A stretch of DNA of 64,000 bases from Nostoc sp. (GCA_036918135.1 JBALDB010000028.1:64001-128000), one strand, 5' to 3'; positions 20,717-30,458 are shown, counted from the first letter of the stretch. The notes: generated by a model not told the origin, from the sequence alone. Made by a program: numbers and translations.

Positions 20717-22729
20717 ATGTTGATATTTTCAAATAATGAAGGAAAAACAAGATTCAATAAGCCTCTTTATGGTTTAACTGGTATTTATACTTTATCGGAA
20801 GGTATAGCACTTCCATATGTTCTTTCATTGGTTGAAGTTAACCGAGCTATTGATGAGTTGAAGATAGCTGAACAAATTCCCGCTTCATTAGATACGACAT
20901 GGTCTCTTAAAGAGCTTTTTCAAAGAGAAATTGATGAAAAGAGAGTAGAAGATGACATAGTTAAAGGTTATCTTTTAGATCCAAATAAACTGAAGTTTTT
21001 TAATGCAATTACTATTGTATTAATGCCAAAGGACGGTGATGGCAATATTCAGGATACTTTTGATGAGAATACAAACGTACCTTCTCCTCCCATACCTTGG
21101 GATGGTACTGATCCTGATGATGAACAATGGAAACATTTTCAAAGTGAGGTTGCGAACTTCGGAGGTGTTCAATTTCTTTCTACTGGAGTCTCTGCTCGGT
21201 TGCGTTGGGATGAAGATAGAGTATTAGCAGTAGCAGTAGATGGGCAACATCGTCTTTGGGCACTCCGTACCTTTCGTGAAGATCCAAGGTTTCGAGGTGG
21301 TACTCTTCGCCCAATTGAGCAGCAAACAAAAATACCAATTTTATTTATCTTGCTTCATCCTAATGCGGGCTTCAAGAATCTTCAGAGTACTTCTGACTAT
21401 TCAATTCGGGGTATTGCTCGTGAATTATTTACTGACTTGAATAAAAATGCTAAGACCGTAGATAAAGCTAGAGAGCTTATCCTTGATGATAAAAGCATTA
21501 GTGCCCAATGCGTTAGAACTTTATTAACGGAGAGTACGGGGGAAGATGCTAAAGATAAACTTCCTCTTTCTTTAGTACGCTGGCAAGACGACTCATACCG
21601 ATTTGATAACTCCTACTACTTAAATTCACTAGTTCATTTAGATTTCCTGATTTCAGCAGCACTGGATCTAAAACCGCCAAGAGATCCAATGGAAAAGAAG
21701 CATGTACTGGATTTTATTGAAAGTATTGACTCTGCTCTTGGCATAGGTGAGGAAAAACTTCAGTATGAGGGGCGTACTCTTGAAGAATATTACATAGAAG
21801 ACTATTGTGACGAAGATGGAAATCCTGATACACCATTTGCTCGAATACCAGAGAATTACCTTACCTCTGCAATAGAAGGTTTTAAAGTTAACTTCCGTCC
21901 TTGGCTACTGAAACTTTTACTCGAATTTAAACCATATCGAAACCTGCTCCAGTATGCTCGTGAACATGATTTGATTGAGGGTACTTTTGGTAGTTACCAA
22001 GCTCAGACAAGTAAACATAAAGGAATTATTCGTGAGCAAGAAATTGCTAAGGATAGTGATTGGCATAGCCGAGAGATACTCTCACACCAAGCTGCTATCA
22101 ATAGCATGAAAGATAATCAATGGGCTTTCAAAGCGATATTCCAGAAAGCTATAGTTCGTCTAGGCAGGATTGTAGAGTTTAACTATAAAGCTAAAGACAC
22201 AAACTTAGGCAATATTGATGATGTCTTGAGTTGTCTAGATAGACTATATGACAAAGGTGTTCTAAAAGTAGACGTTAACTTACCAGATTACCCTTTTCGC
22301 TTATGGACATTTATAGCAATAAACCAAGGAACTGACAAAATTAAAGTGGCAAGAACTGTAGAAGATAGGATATTTTTCTTATTATGCTTGTGGTACTTTG
22401 GCTCTCGTAAAACAGAAATTGACGCTGCAAGAGGTTCTCAAATTTTATCGAGGCGAAAATTACTTAATTTCTTTAGCGCAGATAAAAATAAAGCCGAGTG
22501 GCCAGGTTGTACAGATGCTTACAAGGCATTATACAAAGGTTTTGATACTGTTGCTTTTTATGGAAAAGAACATGAAAAAATGAGTAATCAACAAAAAGAA
22601 GAGATGATTCGAGATAGGTTTTCTGCTATATTAGCCTTTGGTTTACCAGAATTAAATATTCAATCTTCACTTCAGCAAATATTGGAAGAAGATAAAGTTG
22701 ATTCTGAAGCAATAGATAGAATCTATTAA
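20717..22729 (+). CDS. DGQHR-domain (DndB-like) protein 2 with long C-terminal extension
   Basis: LFQREIDEKRV...KFFNAITIVL...AVDGQHRLWAL...RELFTDLNKNAK; 6 nt after the GIY-YIG gene. Confidence 0.8.
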   Translation: MLIFSNNEGKTRFNKPLYGLTGIYTLSEGIALPYVLSLVEVNRAIDELKIAEQIPASLDTTWSLKELFQREIDEKRVEDDIVKGYLLDPNKLKFFNAITIVLMPKDGDGNIQDTFDENTNVPSPPIPWDGTDPDDEQWKHFQSEVANFGGVQFLSTGVSARLRWDEDRVLAVAVDGQHRLWALRTFREDPRFRGGTLRPIEQQTKIPILFILLHPNAGFKNLQSTSDYSIRGIARELFTDLNKNAKTVDKARELILDDKSISAQCVRTLLTESTGEDAKDKLPLSLVRWQDDSYRFDNSYYLNSLVHLDFLISAALDLKPPRDPMEKKHVLDFIESIDSALGIGEEKLQYEGRTLEEYYIEDYCDEDGNPDTPFARIPENYLTSAIEGFKVNFRPWLLKLLLEFKPYRNLLQYAREHDLIEGTFGSYQAQTSKHKGIIREQEIAKDSDWHSREILSHQAAINSMKDNQWAFKAIFQKAIVRLGRIVEFNYKAKDTNLGNIDDVLSCLDRLYDKGVLKVDVNLPDYPFRLWTFIAINQGTDKIKVARTVEDRIFFLLCLWYFGSRKTEIDAARGSQILSRRKLLNFFSADKNKAEWPGCTDAYKALYKGFDTVAFYGKEHEKMSNQQKEEMIRDRFSAILAFGLPELNIQSSLQQILEEDKVDSEAIDRIY

Positions 22730-22763
22730 AATTTAGTTTTGTTTAGGACGAATATAAGCTAAT

Positions 22764-23225
22764 TCAAGAGAGGAATTTGCTAAGGTTGAATTCCTCTTCT
22801 TCATACTCATTATTAAATCTTTCAGAACTAAGAATTAATAAAAGCCGCTCCGAATAATCTACTGCTCCACGCAGTTCATTTTGTATAATTTCTAGCCCAC
22901 TATTAGCATACTCTTCAAAAATATGTATGCGCTGCTCGTCAGCTACATCCTCCTCACTAAGAATCTTAATATCTTTGGTTTCAGTAATAGCCAATAAATT
23001 AATTAACAGAGCAAAACTGTTAGAAAAATAATCCTGCCGCAATGGTGATATATCTTTAGCAATTCCTTCTATAGGAACTCGTTTTTTATGCTTTGCGCCC
23101 AAGGCTGCTGCAAATACCATTACTTCTACATAAGTTTGGAAAGGGCCTGTTGTGTCTTTTGATGCTACGAGCGATTTTACTAACTCAGCCTTATCTTTAG
23201 CAACCCTGATTCTATTTGCAGCCAT
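22764..23225 (-). CDS. DNA phosphorothioation-associated protein 4 (PbeD-like)
   Basis: RIRVAKDKAELVKSL...GPFQTY.EVM.FAAALG...IFEEYANSGLEI. Confidence 0.8.
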   Translation of the reverse strand: MAANRIRVAKDKAELVKSLVASKDTTGPFQTYVEVMVFAAALGAKHKKRVPIEGIAKDISPLRQDYFSNSFALLINLLAITETKDIKILSEEDVADEQRIHIFEEYANSGLEIIQNELRGAVDYSERLLLILSSERFNNEYEEEEFNLSKFLS

Positions 23226-23342
23226 AATTTTAATAACTACTTTGTAGCCATATTAACTGAAAGCCAAAAGCAATGCCTACGCTTATGAAATTTTTTATGC
23301 CACTAAAAGAGCGATCGCCCCCACAAACAAATTATTCAAAAC

Positions 23343-23912
23343 TTAGATTGGAAACTGCACATCCTCATAAACTAAAGATATAGGAAAGCGAAAATCAACA
23401 CTGGTTAAATCAACTTCATCCCCTTCTTCATAAGCATGTAATTCCCAGATTCCTCTGTCGTTTAGCCGAAAGCAATCTAAACTAATATTTTCAGCATCAA
23501 TCAGGACATATTCTTGTAAAGTCTGAATGCGTCAGTACTGCATAAATTTTTTGCCTCTGTCGTAAGCTTCTGTACTAGGAGAGAGGACTTCGACAATTAA
23601 ACAAGGATACTGAATAAATTTGACAGCTTGTCTGTCCCTTTCATCACAACTCACCATAACATCCGGGTAGTGAAATGGCCCGTTTTCAGATACACCTACT
23701 TTTGCATCTGCCATAAAAGCACGACAGGAACTTCCCCTGAGGTGACTTTTTAACGCCGAAGCTAAGTTTAAGGCAATACTAGTATGGGGAATAGTACCCC
23801 CAGTCATAGCGAAGACTTCACCATTAATATATTCGTATTTAATATCTTGGTGTTCTTCCCATTCCAGGTATTCCTGGGGAGTCATATACTTTCTATCTGA
23901 AATTGCAATCAT
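23343..23912 (-). pseudogene. Uma2 family PD-(D/E)XK endonuclease interrupted by an in-frame TGA at 23532-23534
   Basis: YEYINGEVFAMTGG, YPDVMV, EVLSPST..YDRGKKFMQY*, then same-frame RIQTLQEYVLID...VYEDVQFPI to TAA at 23343; 189 codons in total. Confidence 0.88.
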
Positions 23913-23924
23913 ATACTTTATCCT

Positions 23925-25997
23925 TTAAACATTACGTTCAACCGCGATAATTTCAGTATATTCATACTCATTCGGACTTTGTTTTACTAAAGGATATCTT
24001 TCCCCGGCTAACTCAATATAATCTTGTTCGCAATCTGGCTTAGATGAGTAATACGTCAGTACATACTCTCTACCAATTCTGTCTGTCATTTCTGCTTCTA
24101 CTTCACCCCGCCACTGAGTCTTAGTAACTAAAACTATCAACTGATTCGCTAATTGGGGAATTGTCTTAGCAATGTGTCGCCGCGAATTTTCATCCAAACT
24201 ACCAAAGGGCGAATCCATGACAATTGGGAAAGTGCTACTATCGGGAATCATCATCATTTTTCGCTTCTCACTCCATTCCCTTACTTTGTCAATAATGCTG
24301 GCAATAAAGGATAAACTGAGAATCTGATTTTCCCCAGTAGATGCTGCAACTGGTGCTTCTATACCTGTGGTATTTTCTACTAATGTCAGCTCATATTTTT
24401 CACTAATTTTAGGAATGTATGGTGTTACAGAAATCTCTGTAAATATTTCTTGGACTCGCTTTTCTAGTTGCAAGCGAAATTGTTGTTCTTGACGATTTCT
24501 AACTTCTGTTAACCGTTCAATTGCATCTTGAGTAGCATTAATTCGTCGCTGTGCTAAAGTTTGCTTATCTTCATTCAGTTTTTGTTTGGCGATTTGTTTA
24601 TTTAAACCTTCAATTTCAATTGTGAGTTGAGTAATTTGCTGCTGATTTGCACCTTGTTCTCGATTCAATTCATCAATTTTACTTTCAATTTCATCTAAGC
24701 GCTTTTGCAAACTGCTAATTTCTTCATTAGCATCTTTTCGCAACCGTTCTTGAATATTATCTAAATCGCCTTCAATTTGGGATATGCTTTGCCTTAATTG
24801 ATTAATCCTAGTTTGTTCTCTATCAACCTCTTCCCAAAATCCTATGGCTTGCTTATCAATTTCATCTACTTGAGCGCTCATGCGAATTGCAGTTTCTTCC
24901 ACCCCCGATGAACCTGCTTTATTTAACCAAGTAGTCACATGAGTATGAGAATAACTACCCTCGTGTAATTCTGCACCACAAATACAGCGTTGAGAATTGA
25001 GTAAATCATTCACAAATTCCCGCGAAATTCCTGATGTTAACTCGCCTCGCTGTTTCAAATCATTGATAATTTCTCGGAACTGTGCTGTAGTTTCTGACAG
25101 TAAAACGGTATAACCCCGTACCGAAATAACTTTTTTTAGCGCTTCCTTGGTTTTTTTATATTCTTCTTGATTCGCAGCTTTTTGCGATTCTAAATTCTGC
25201 CATCTTTCTTGCAATTCCTTGGCAGCACTGAGTTCTCGCAAACGGTTATTTGTCTGTTTTTTAAAAGTTTGTTGATACTCTAACTCTTCTTTAATTTCCG
25301 TTTGCCGTTTGGTAATGCGTTCGCACTCTCGTTCTATCTTTTCTTGCTGTCGTAACAGCTGTTTAATTTGCGAATCACCAATAGCTTTTAACTCATTTTC
25401 TAAACTTTTTTTAGCATCTCCCAAATGTCTGATGGAACGGTTGATTACCTCTACACCCAAGAAAATTTTCGTAGCTTCAGCAATTTCAGCTTTTTTATCA
25501 GAACGGACTATTTCTTCAATTCGTTCGCCATCAAAGAAAAAATATTGATGTAAAGTAGCGGGTAAAATTTGATTAATTATATCGTCTGATTGCTGATTTG
25601 GGATATTCCATTTACCATCGTCCCCACCAACCCACATAGTTAATTGAGTTTTACCTGCGTCAAAGTCACCTTCGTTTTTATAACCCCGACAGGTGCGTTT
25701 AACTCGATATCGTTTCCCTTCATGTTCCCAGCCAATTTCTACCCAACATTCTACAGCTTGACCTTTTTGAGTTTCGGCGATCGCCCGCTTATTTACTAAC
25801 TGTTCTGTGGATGCAAAGGCCGCACTAAATTTCTCATACAATACCCAAGTAAAAGCATTCAGTAAACTGGTTTTGCCAGAGCCATTATTGCCATGAATAA
25901 TCGTGGTGTTGTGAATATCTCCACTACCGATCAGTATCTCTGGTGTTGTACCATAAAAGGAGCGAAAGTTGCATAGCTTGATTGAAGTCAGCTTCAT
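23925..25997 (-). CDS. SMC/Rad50-like AAA ATPase (PbeC-like)
   Basis: HGNNGSGKTS, YFFFDGE, CICG hook, ASTGENQ, VMDSPFGSLD. Confidence 0.85.
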   Translation of the reverse strand: MKLTSIKLCNFRSFYGTTPEILIGSGDIHNTTIIHGNNGSGKTSLLNAFTWVLYEKFSAAFASTEQLVNKRAIAETQKGQAVECWVEIGWEHEGKRYRVKRTCRGYKNEGDFDAGKTQLTMWVGGDDGKWNIPNQQSDDIINQILPATLHQYFFFDGERIEEIVRSDKKAEIAEATKIFLGVEVINRSIRHLGDAKKSLENELKAIGDSQIKQLLRQQEKIERECERITKRQTEIKEELEYQQTFKKQTNNRLRELSAAKELQERWQNLESQKAANQEEYKKTKEALKKVISVRGYTVLLSETTAQFREIINDLKQRGELTSGISREFVNDLLNSQRCICGAELHEGSYSHTHVTTWLNKAGSSGVEETAIRMSAQVDEIDKQAIGFWEEVDREQTRINQLRQSISQIEGDLDNIQERLRKDANEEISSLQKRLDEIESKIDELNREQGANQQQITQLTIEIEGLNKQIAKQKLNEDKQTLAQRRINATQDAIERLTEVRNRQEQQFRLQLEKRVQEIFTEISVTPYIPKISEKYELTLVENTTGIEAPVAASTGENQILSLSFIASIIDKVREWSEKRKMMMIPDSSTFPIVMDSPFGSLDENSRRHIAKTIPQLANQLIVLVTKTQWRGEVEAEMTDRIGREYVLTYYSSKPDCEQDYIELAGERYPLVKQSPNEYEYTEIIAVERNV

Positions 25998-26167
25998 CGC
26001 ACCTCTTCCTTTACAATGTCCAAAATATTATCATTTATATGGCTGTTAATTTTCTTATCTAGTCTGCCTTTTTCCAGCTTCCATACTCGCTCAATAATTC
26101 GCCGTACTTCCGGCGGAGCGTTGGTTATTGGTTCCTGCACATCGTCGATATTCGCCTCTTGTGACAT
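25994..26167 (-). CDS. 57-aa small protein (PbeB-like position), absent from the ORF track
   Basis: MSQEANIDDVQEPITNAPPEVRRIIERVWKLEKGRLDKKINSHINDNILDIVKEEVR*; ATGA overlap with the ATPase start. Confidence 0.75.
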   Translation of the reverse strand: MSQEANIDDVQEPITNAPPEVRRIIERVWKLEKGRLDKKINSHINDNILDIVKEEVR

Positions 26168-26454
26168 CTTGGGTTTTCAAACATACTTTTTTTATAGTTT
26201 AACTTTCTCCAGTGCTGCATTTACCTCCGTAAAGCCACTGTTAGCGTTATCTTTAATTCTCTAATTTTCTTTGAAAAAAGATTTTATTTTTTAATCGCTT
26301 TCTGTTATTATTAGTATTAATAAACCTATATTATAATGGGATATAAGTGACTTTAACAATTTAATTTACATCCCATTATAATTAAACTGTTAATCTTATT
26401 ATTTCATACTTAATGCTTCTTTTTTCCAAACTTGAAAAATTTTACAATTGCTCA

Positions 26455-27939
26455 TTAAATACCTAATAAACCATATCGCTTTTGTAAATCAAGTAACTTC
26501 ATTCTAGCTTCCCCAGCGTTATCAGCCAAATCAGCAAACTCCACAAAGCGACGCAATTCCTTTTTTAAAAGATTACGCTCAACTTCGATAGTTTCTCTAT
26601 CTAAATCTGGTGGTAAAACAATCATGTCAAATATTGTCGCGCGTTCCTTAGCAGGATGAGGACGCAAAACTCGCCCGCGTCGTTGGATAAATTGGCGAGG
26701 ATTACCAGAACTTGATAAAATCACCGCAGTTTGAATAGCCGGAATATCAACACCTTCATCTAAACAACGAATTGCTACTAAACCTTGCAATTCCCCGTTT
26801 TCAAACTGACGGCGCAATATTTCCCTTTCTTGTAAAGTTGTTTGAGCCGTATAGGTGCTTACCTTATACCCTAAATCTACCCCCAGAATTTTAGCAACAG
26901 CTTTAAGTTGACGTAGGGATGAACGTTGCCCATCTTCTTGTGAACCATCACTGCAATAAAAAAGAGTGTGAGTAGTTTCGCGGCGAGTTACCATCAAATC
27001 TCGTAAAGCATTTAGTTTATTTTCTGCTGCACCAATTAACCTTGCTCTTTGCATCAATAACGGCTTTAAATCTTCATTATCTTCAAATCCCGCTTCGCCA
27101 TTTTCTCGTTGACGATAAAGTAGCGATCGCCCAATTTTTTTAGTTAGCTTTAAATAGGCAATACTTTCTGCTTCAGTTAATTCTACCAGCACCGGATAAT
27201 AGAGATAATGTACTAAAGCACCACAGGCGATCGCATCCCTCAAAGTGAACTCAGGTTGAAGAACTGGGCCAAAATAATCAAATAAAGATTGTGTCCCAAA
27301 ATCGTCAAAATATCTCTCCGGTGTCGCAGATAAAGCTAGTCTCAACCCTACACGACGCGGTAAACTTTCTTCTAACTTGGGTGCGCCTAAATTATGCGCC
27401 TCATCCCCAATAATTAAAGTTTTGGCGGGAAAATATTTGAGTTGAGATCCAAACCCATCTCCAATTAATGTGGAGTTCGTAGTAATTACAGTAACAAACT
27501 GTTGAGAACCAGAACGCAGATTATAAATTTGCGTAGAAAGTTGACTTTGCCAAGTGCGTAAATTCTCAAAGGCTAAAACGGGTTGCAAATTAAATTTTTC
27601 ACATTCTCGCGCCCATTGAGTGACGAGATGGCGGTAGGGACACACCACCAACAGAACTTGTAAATTAATCTGTTGGTAGAGTTCACAAGCGATCGCAAGT
27701 GCAGTAATCGTTTTACCACTACCAGTAGCCATTTTTAGCGTTCCTCTACCATTATTCGCAAACCAGCTAGCGATCGCTTCTCGCTGATATTGCCGCAATT
27801 GCAGAGATAAAGGCATTTTTGGGCATCCTGGTAATGGTTGCCGAGTTTGGTAACTACCCTTACTTTCCTTTGCAAATGGTAACTTTAATCGGAAAGTGGG
27901 CAGTTGCCGTACTGGATTTGGTGTCAGGTACATATTCAT
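26455..27939 (-). CDS. DNA phosphorothioation system restriction enzyme / SF2 helicase (PbeA-like)
   Basis: LRQYQ, MATGSGKT, DEAH, LSATP, CLDEGVDIP, QFIQRRGRVLR. Confidence 0.88.
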   Translation of the reverse strand: MNMYLTPNPVRQLPTFRLKLPFAKESKGSYQTRQPLPGCPKMPLSLQLRQYQREAIASWFANNGRGTLKMATGSGKTITALAIACELYQQINLQVLLVVCPYRHLVTQWARECEKFNLQPVLAFENLRTWQSQLSTQIYNLRSGSQQFVTVITTNSTLIGDGFGSQLKYFPAKTLIIGDEAHNLGAPKLEESLPRRVGLRLALSATPERYFDDFGTQSLFDYFGPVLQPEFTLRDAIACGALVHYLYYPVLVELTEAESIAYLKLTKKIGRSLLYRQRENGEAGFEDNEDLKPLLMQRARLIGAAENKLNALRDLMVTRRETTHTLFYCSDGSQEDGQRSSLRQLKAVAKILGVDLGYKVSTYTAQTTLQEREILRRQFENGELQGLVAIRCLDEGVDIPAIQTAVILSSSGNPRQFIQRRGRVLRPHPAKERATIFDMIVLPPDLDRETIEVERNLLKKELRRFVEFADLADNAGEARMKLLDLQKRYGLLGI

Positions 27940-28042
27940 TAGTCATTAATCACTTGTACTGAGCAAAGCCGAGGTATTGGTCACTGGTACTTATTTTTCC
28001 CAATTTCCAATCCCCAGTCCCTAGTACCCAGTCCCCATTTAT

Positions 28043-28648
28043 TCAGTTGTAACCCCGCCAAACACCAATCAGGGAACCTTGCACCTGCACTTGCATAGCG
28101 CTGACTTCAATAGGATTGTACTTAGAATTTGCTGGTTTGAGGGTAACGCGATCGCCTTGACGATAAAAACGTTTTAATGTCGTACCGAATCCGTCAACTC
28201 TGGCGGCAACAATAGTGCCATTTTTCAAATGATTTGGTTCTGCTACTGGACGCAAAAATACCACATCGCCATCAGCAATTAAATCTTCAATCATACTATC
28301 GCCAGCTACCCGCAAAGCGTAAGTTTGAGGAGGTAACGATAAATTAGAAAAGTCTAAATGATCTACAGCATCAGTAAATGGTTCTATTAAACCACCAGCA
28401 GCGATCGTGCCTAAAATAGGTACACCTTGCTTCACACCGCGCAAAATCCGAATCGTTCGCGCTTGGCCTTCAGTCCATTCTATATATCCTTTAGTGCGTA
28501 AATGTTCTAAACGACTTTGAATTGGTGCTGGTGATTTCAAATTCATCGCTTGCATCATTTGCCGAATTGAAGGCGAATGCTGATGCATTCTGATGTATTC
28601 TGCTAACCATTCGTAAAGTTCTTGTTGAGCTTCCGTTAGACGTTCCAT
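28043..28648 (-). CDS. lexA: LexA repressor
   Basis: MERLTEAQ start at ATG 28648 (201 aa); PSIRQM HTH, IAAG cleavage site, GDSM Ser, TLKR Lys. Confidence 0.95.
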   Translation of the reverse strand: MERLTEAQQELYEWLAEYIRMHQHSPSIRQMMQAMNLKSPAPIQSRLEHLRTKGYIEWTEGQARTIRILRGVKQGVPILGTIAAGGLIEPFTDAVDHLDFSNLSLPPQTYALRVAGDSMIEDLIADGDVVFLRPVAEPNHLKNGTIVAARVDGFGTTLKRFYRQGDRVTLKPANSKYNPIEVSAMQVQVQGSLIGVWRGYN

Positions 28649-28678
28649 AAATTTGCGGGAAGTAATTATAAATGTCTC

Positions 28679-28694
28679 TAGAACATTAGTACTA
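28679..28694 (-). promoter_or_regulatory. Cyanobacterial LexA (SOS) box
   Basis: Minus strand TAGTACTAATGTTCTA fits the RGTAC-N3-D-GTWC consensus, 30 nt upstream of lexA. Confidence 0.85.
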
Positions 28695-28841
28695 CAAAAA
28701 ACTCCCCATAAGCAATAGAAAGGTAAAAATATTAAAGGCAAAAGTAAGAATATTTAATTTTCTTTCAGCTATTTATTCTTAATTTTTTGCTGATAAATCG
28801 TCAAGAGTCAGCCGCACGTCGCTATTCTAACTCTTATATTT

Positions 28842-28921
28842 TGTACAGACAAGGGTTAACCTTTGTCTGTACAGATGCGATTAATCACTTTGTACAGACG
28901 AACGTTAACCCTTGTCTCTAC
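28842..28921. repeat. REP-like palindromic units downstream of argF
   Basis: TGTACAGACAAGGGTTAACCTTTGTCTGTACA hairpin plus degenerate copies. Confidence 0.6.
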
Positions 28922-28926
28922 TTCCT

Positions 28927-29847
28927 TCATTCTGCCCCTAAGATACTAGCAAGCAAAGCCTTTTGGGCATGGAGGCGATTTTCTGCCTGTTCCCAAACTC
29001 GTGATTGAGAACCTTCAATAACTGCCTCTGTGATTTCTTCACCACGATGAGCTGGTAAACAGTGTAAAACAATTGCCTCTGGGTCAGCAAGGCTCAATAA
29101 TTGCTCGGAAATTTGGTAAGGCTGAAAAATTGGCAGACGGTTGTCTGCTTCTGCTTCTTGTCCCATACTCGCCCAAACATCAGTATAAAGTACAGCAGTT
29201 CCTTTGGCTGCCAATTCTGGGTCATGAGTGAGTAGAACTTCAGTTTTGTTATTAGCGATCGCTCTTGCTTGTTCTACAATCCTAGAATCTGGCTCAAATC
29301 CACTAGGAGTGGCAATTCTCACATTCATTCCTACCAAAGCACAGCCCAACATTAAAGAATTAGCGACATTATTTCCATCACCTACATAGGTTAAAGTTAA
29401 CCCAGCAAGGGTGTCAAAAGCTTCTTGAATTGTCAATAAATCAGCTAAGACTTGACAGGGATGTTCTGCATCAGTTAGGGCATTAATTACTGGAATCTTG
29501 GCATAGTTAGCAAAAATTTCCAACTCCTGCTGTGCAAAAGTACGAATTGCCAAAATATCGAGATATCTATCTAAGACTCGCGCTGTATCCTGCACAGGTT
29601 CCCCACGACTAACTTGAGTGACATTGGGGTTAAGATCGATTACTTGTCCACCCAATTGATACATTGCCACAGTAAAACTTACTCGCGTGCGAGTTGAAGC
29701 TTTAGAGAACAATAACCCTAAGACTTTATTACACTGCAACTTCAACTGTTGGGATTTAAGTTGAGTTGCCAATTGCAGAAGTTCTTGAAGTTCTGTTGGA
29801 CTGATGTCCGCCAGACTTAATAAATCTCGTCCGTTCAACGCTGCCAT
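28927..29847 (-). CDS. argF: Ornithine carbamoyltransferase
   Basis: STRTRVSF, HPCQ, DVWASMG, HCLP; ATG 29847 (306 aa). Confidence 0.95.
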   Translation of the reverse strand: MAALNGRDLLSLADISPTELQELLQLATQLKSQQLKLQCNKVLGLLFSKASTRTRVSFTVAMYQLGGQVIDLNPNVTQVSRGEPVQDTARVLDRYLDILAIRTFAQQELEIFANYAKIPVINALTDAEHPCQVLADLLTIQEAFDTLAGLTLTYVGDGNNVANSLMLGCALVGMNVRIATPSGFEPDSRIVEQARAIANNKTEVLLTHDPELAAKGTAVLYTDVWASMGQEAEADNRLPIFQPYQISEQLLSLADPEAIVLHCLPAHRGEEITEAVIEGSQSRVWEQAENRLHAQKALLASILGAE

Positions 29848-29997
29848 GCTTGTGATGTGTAAAGAACAATTATATAATTTTGTTTCTTTACCCAGCCGTG
29901 TCAAAAAAGTACAATCTTACAACTGTACTAGATATTTTGGCGTCCAGCCCAGGATTTGAGTTAGCTTTTGCTATGAATATTAATTTATCAACTTTAT

Positions 29998-30158
29998 GGA
30001 ACTCCAAGAAATAAATTATCCTACTTGAAATTGATGACTGATGAACGCCAGTTGCTTCTCCTAACGGAGACGCTGCGCGAACAACGGGGGGAACCCCCGC
30101 AACGCACTGGCTCCTGTTGAGTGTGAGCAGGGGGATATTTTTGAGAAAGGAAGTCCCT
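29998..30158. repeat. MITE-like dispersed element with nested SDR
   Basis: Begins GGAACTCCAAGAAATAAATTATCC (also at ~33763-33787); ends in degenerate inverted GGATATTTTTGAGAAAGGAAGTCCC. Confidence 0.55.
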
Positions 30159-30458
30159 ATTACTGATTACAATCACTGATTTTTTGGTTGGTCGCATTTG
30201 CAATGCGCATTCAAGCATCTATGCTAGAAAAACCAGCCATATTGCCAAGATTTGAGTTTTTATAGCTTAAATTATCATGAAAGCAGCTATTTGCGGTGAA
30301 GTCTCATAACTATACATAAAAAAGTTTTCTTCCCCTACTTTCCAGACAGATATTTTCTAACGATTGTCCTAGACAAATACATTAATTATGATAAAATTAT
30401 AAATTGTGGTTGCTATTTGAGAGCGATATCTCTAGCAGCCTACGTATGTGCAAAAGTT

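Noticed and set aside
18350..22729. Assigning the symbol dndB to either DGQHR gene
   Set aside because: Both are longer than typical DndB and orthology cannot be resolved without a search
23532..23534. Selenocysteine or programmed readthrough in uma2
   Set aside because: The position corresponds to a basic residue (CGA to TGA transition) and no SECIS-like hairpin is evident
26016..26264. 82-aa plus-strand ORF
   Set aside because: Antisense shadow of the 57-aa minus-strand gene that is coupled to the ATPase
26168..26455. Additional gene between helicase and small ORF
   Set aside because: Only an 18-codon ORF and stop-riddled AT-rich frames; cannot be supported
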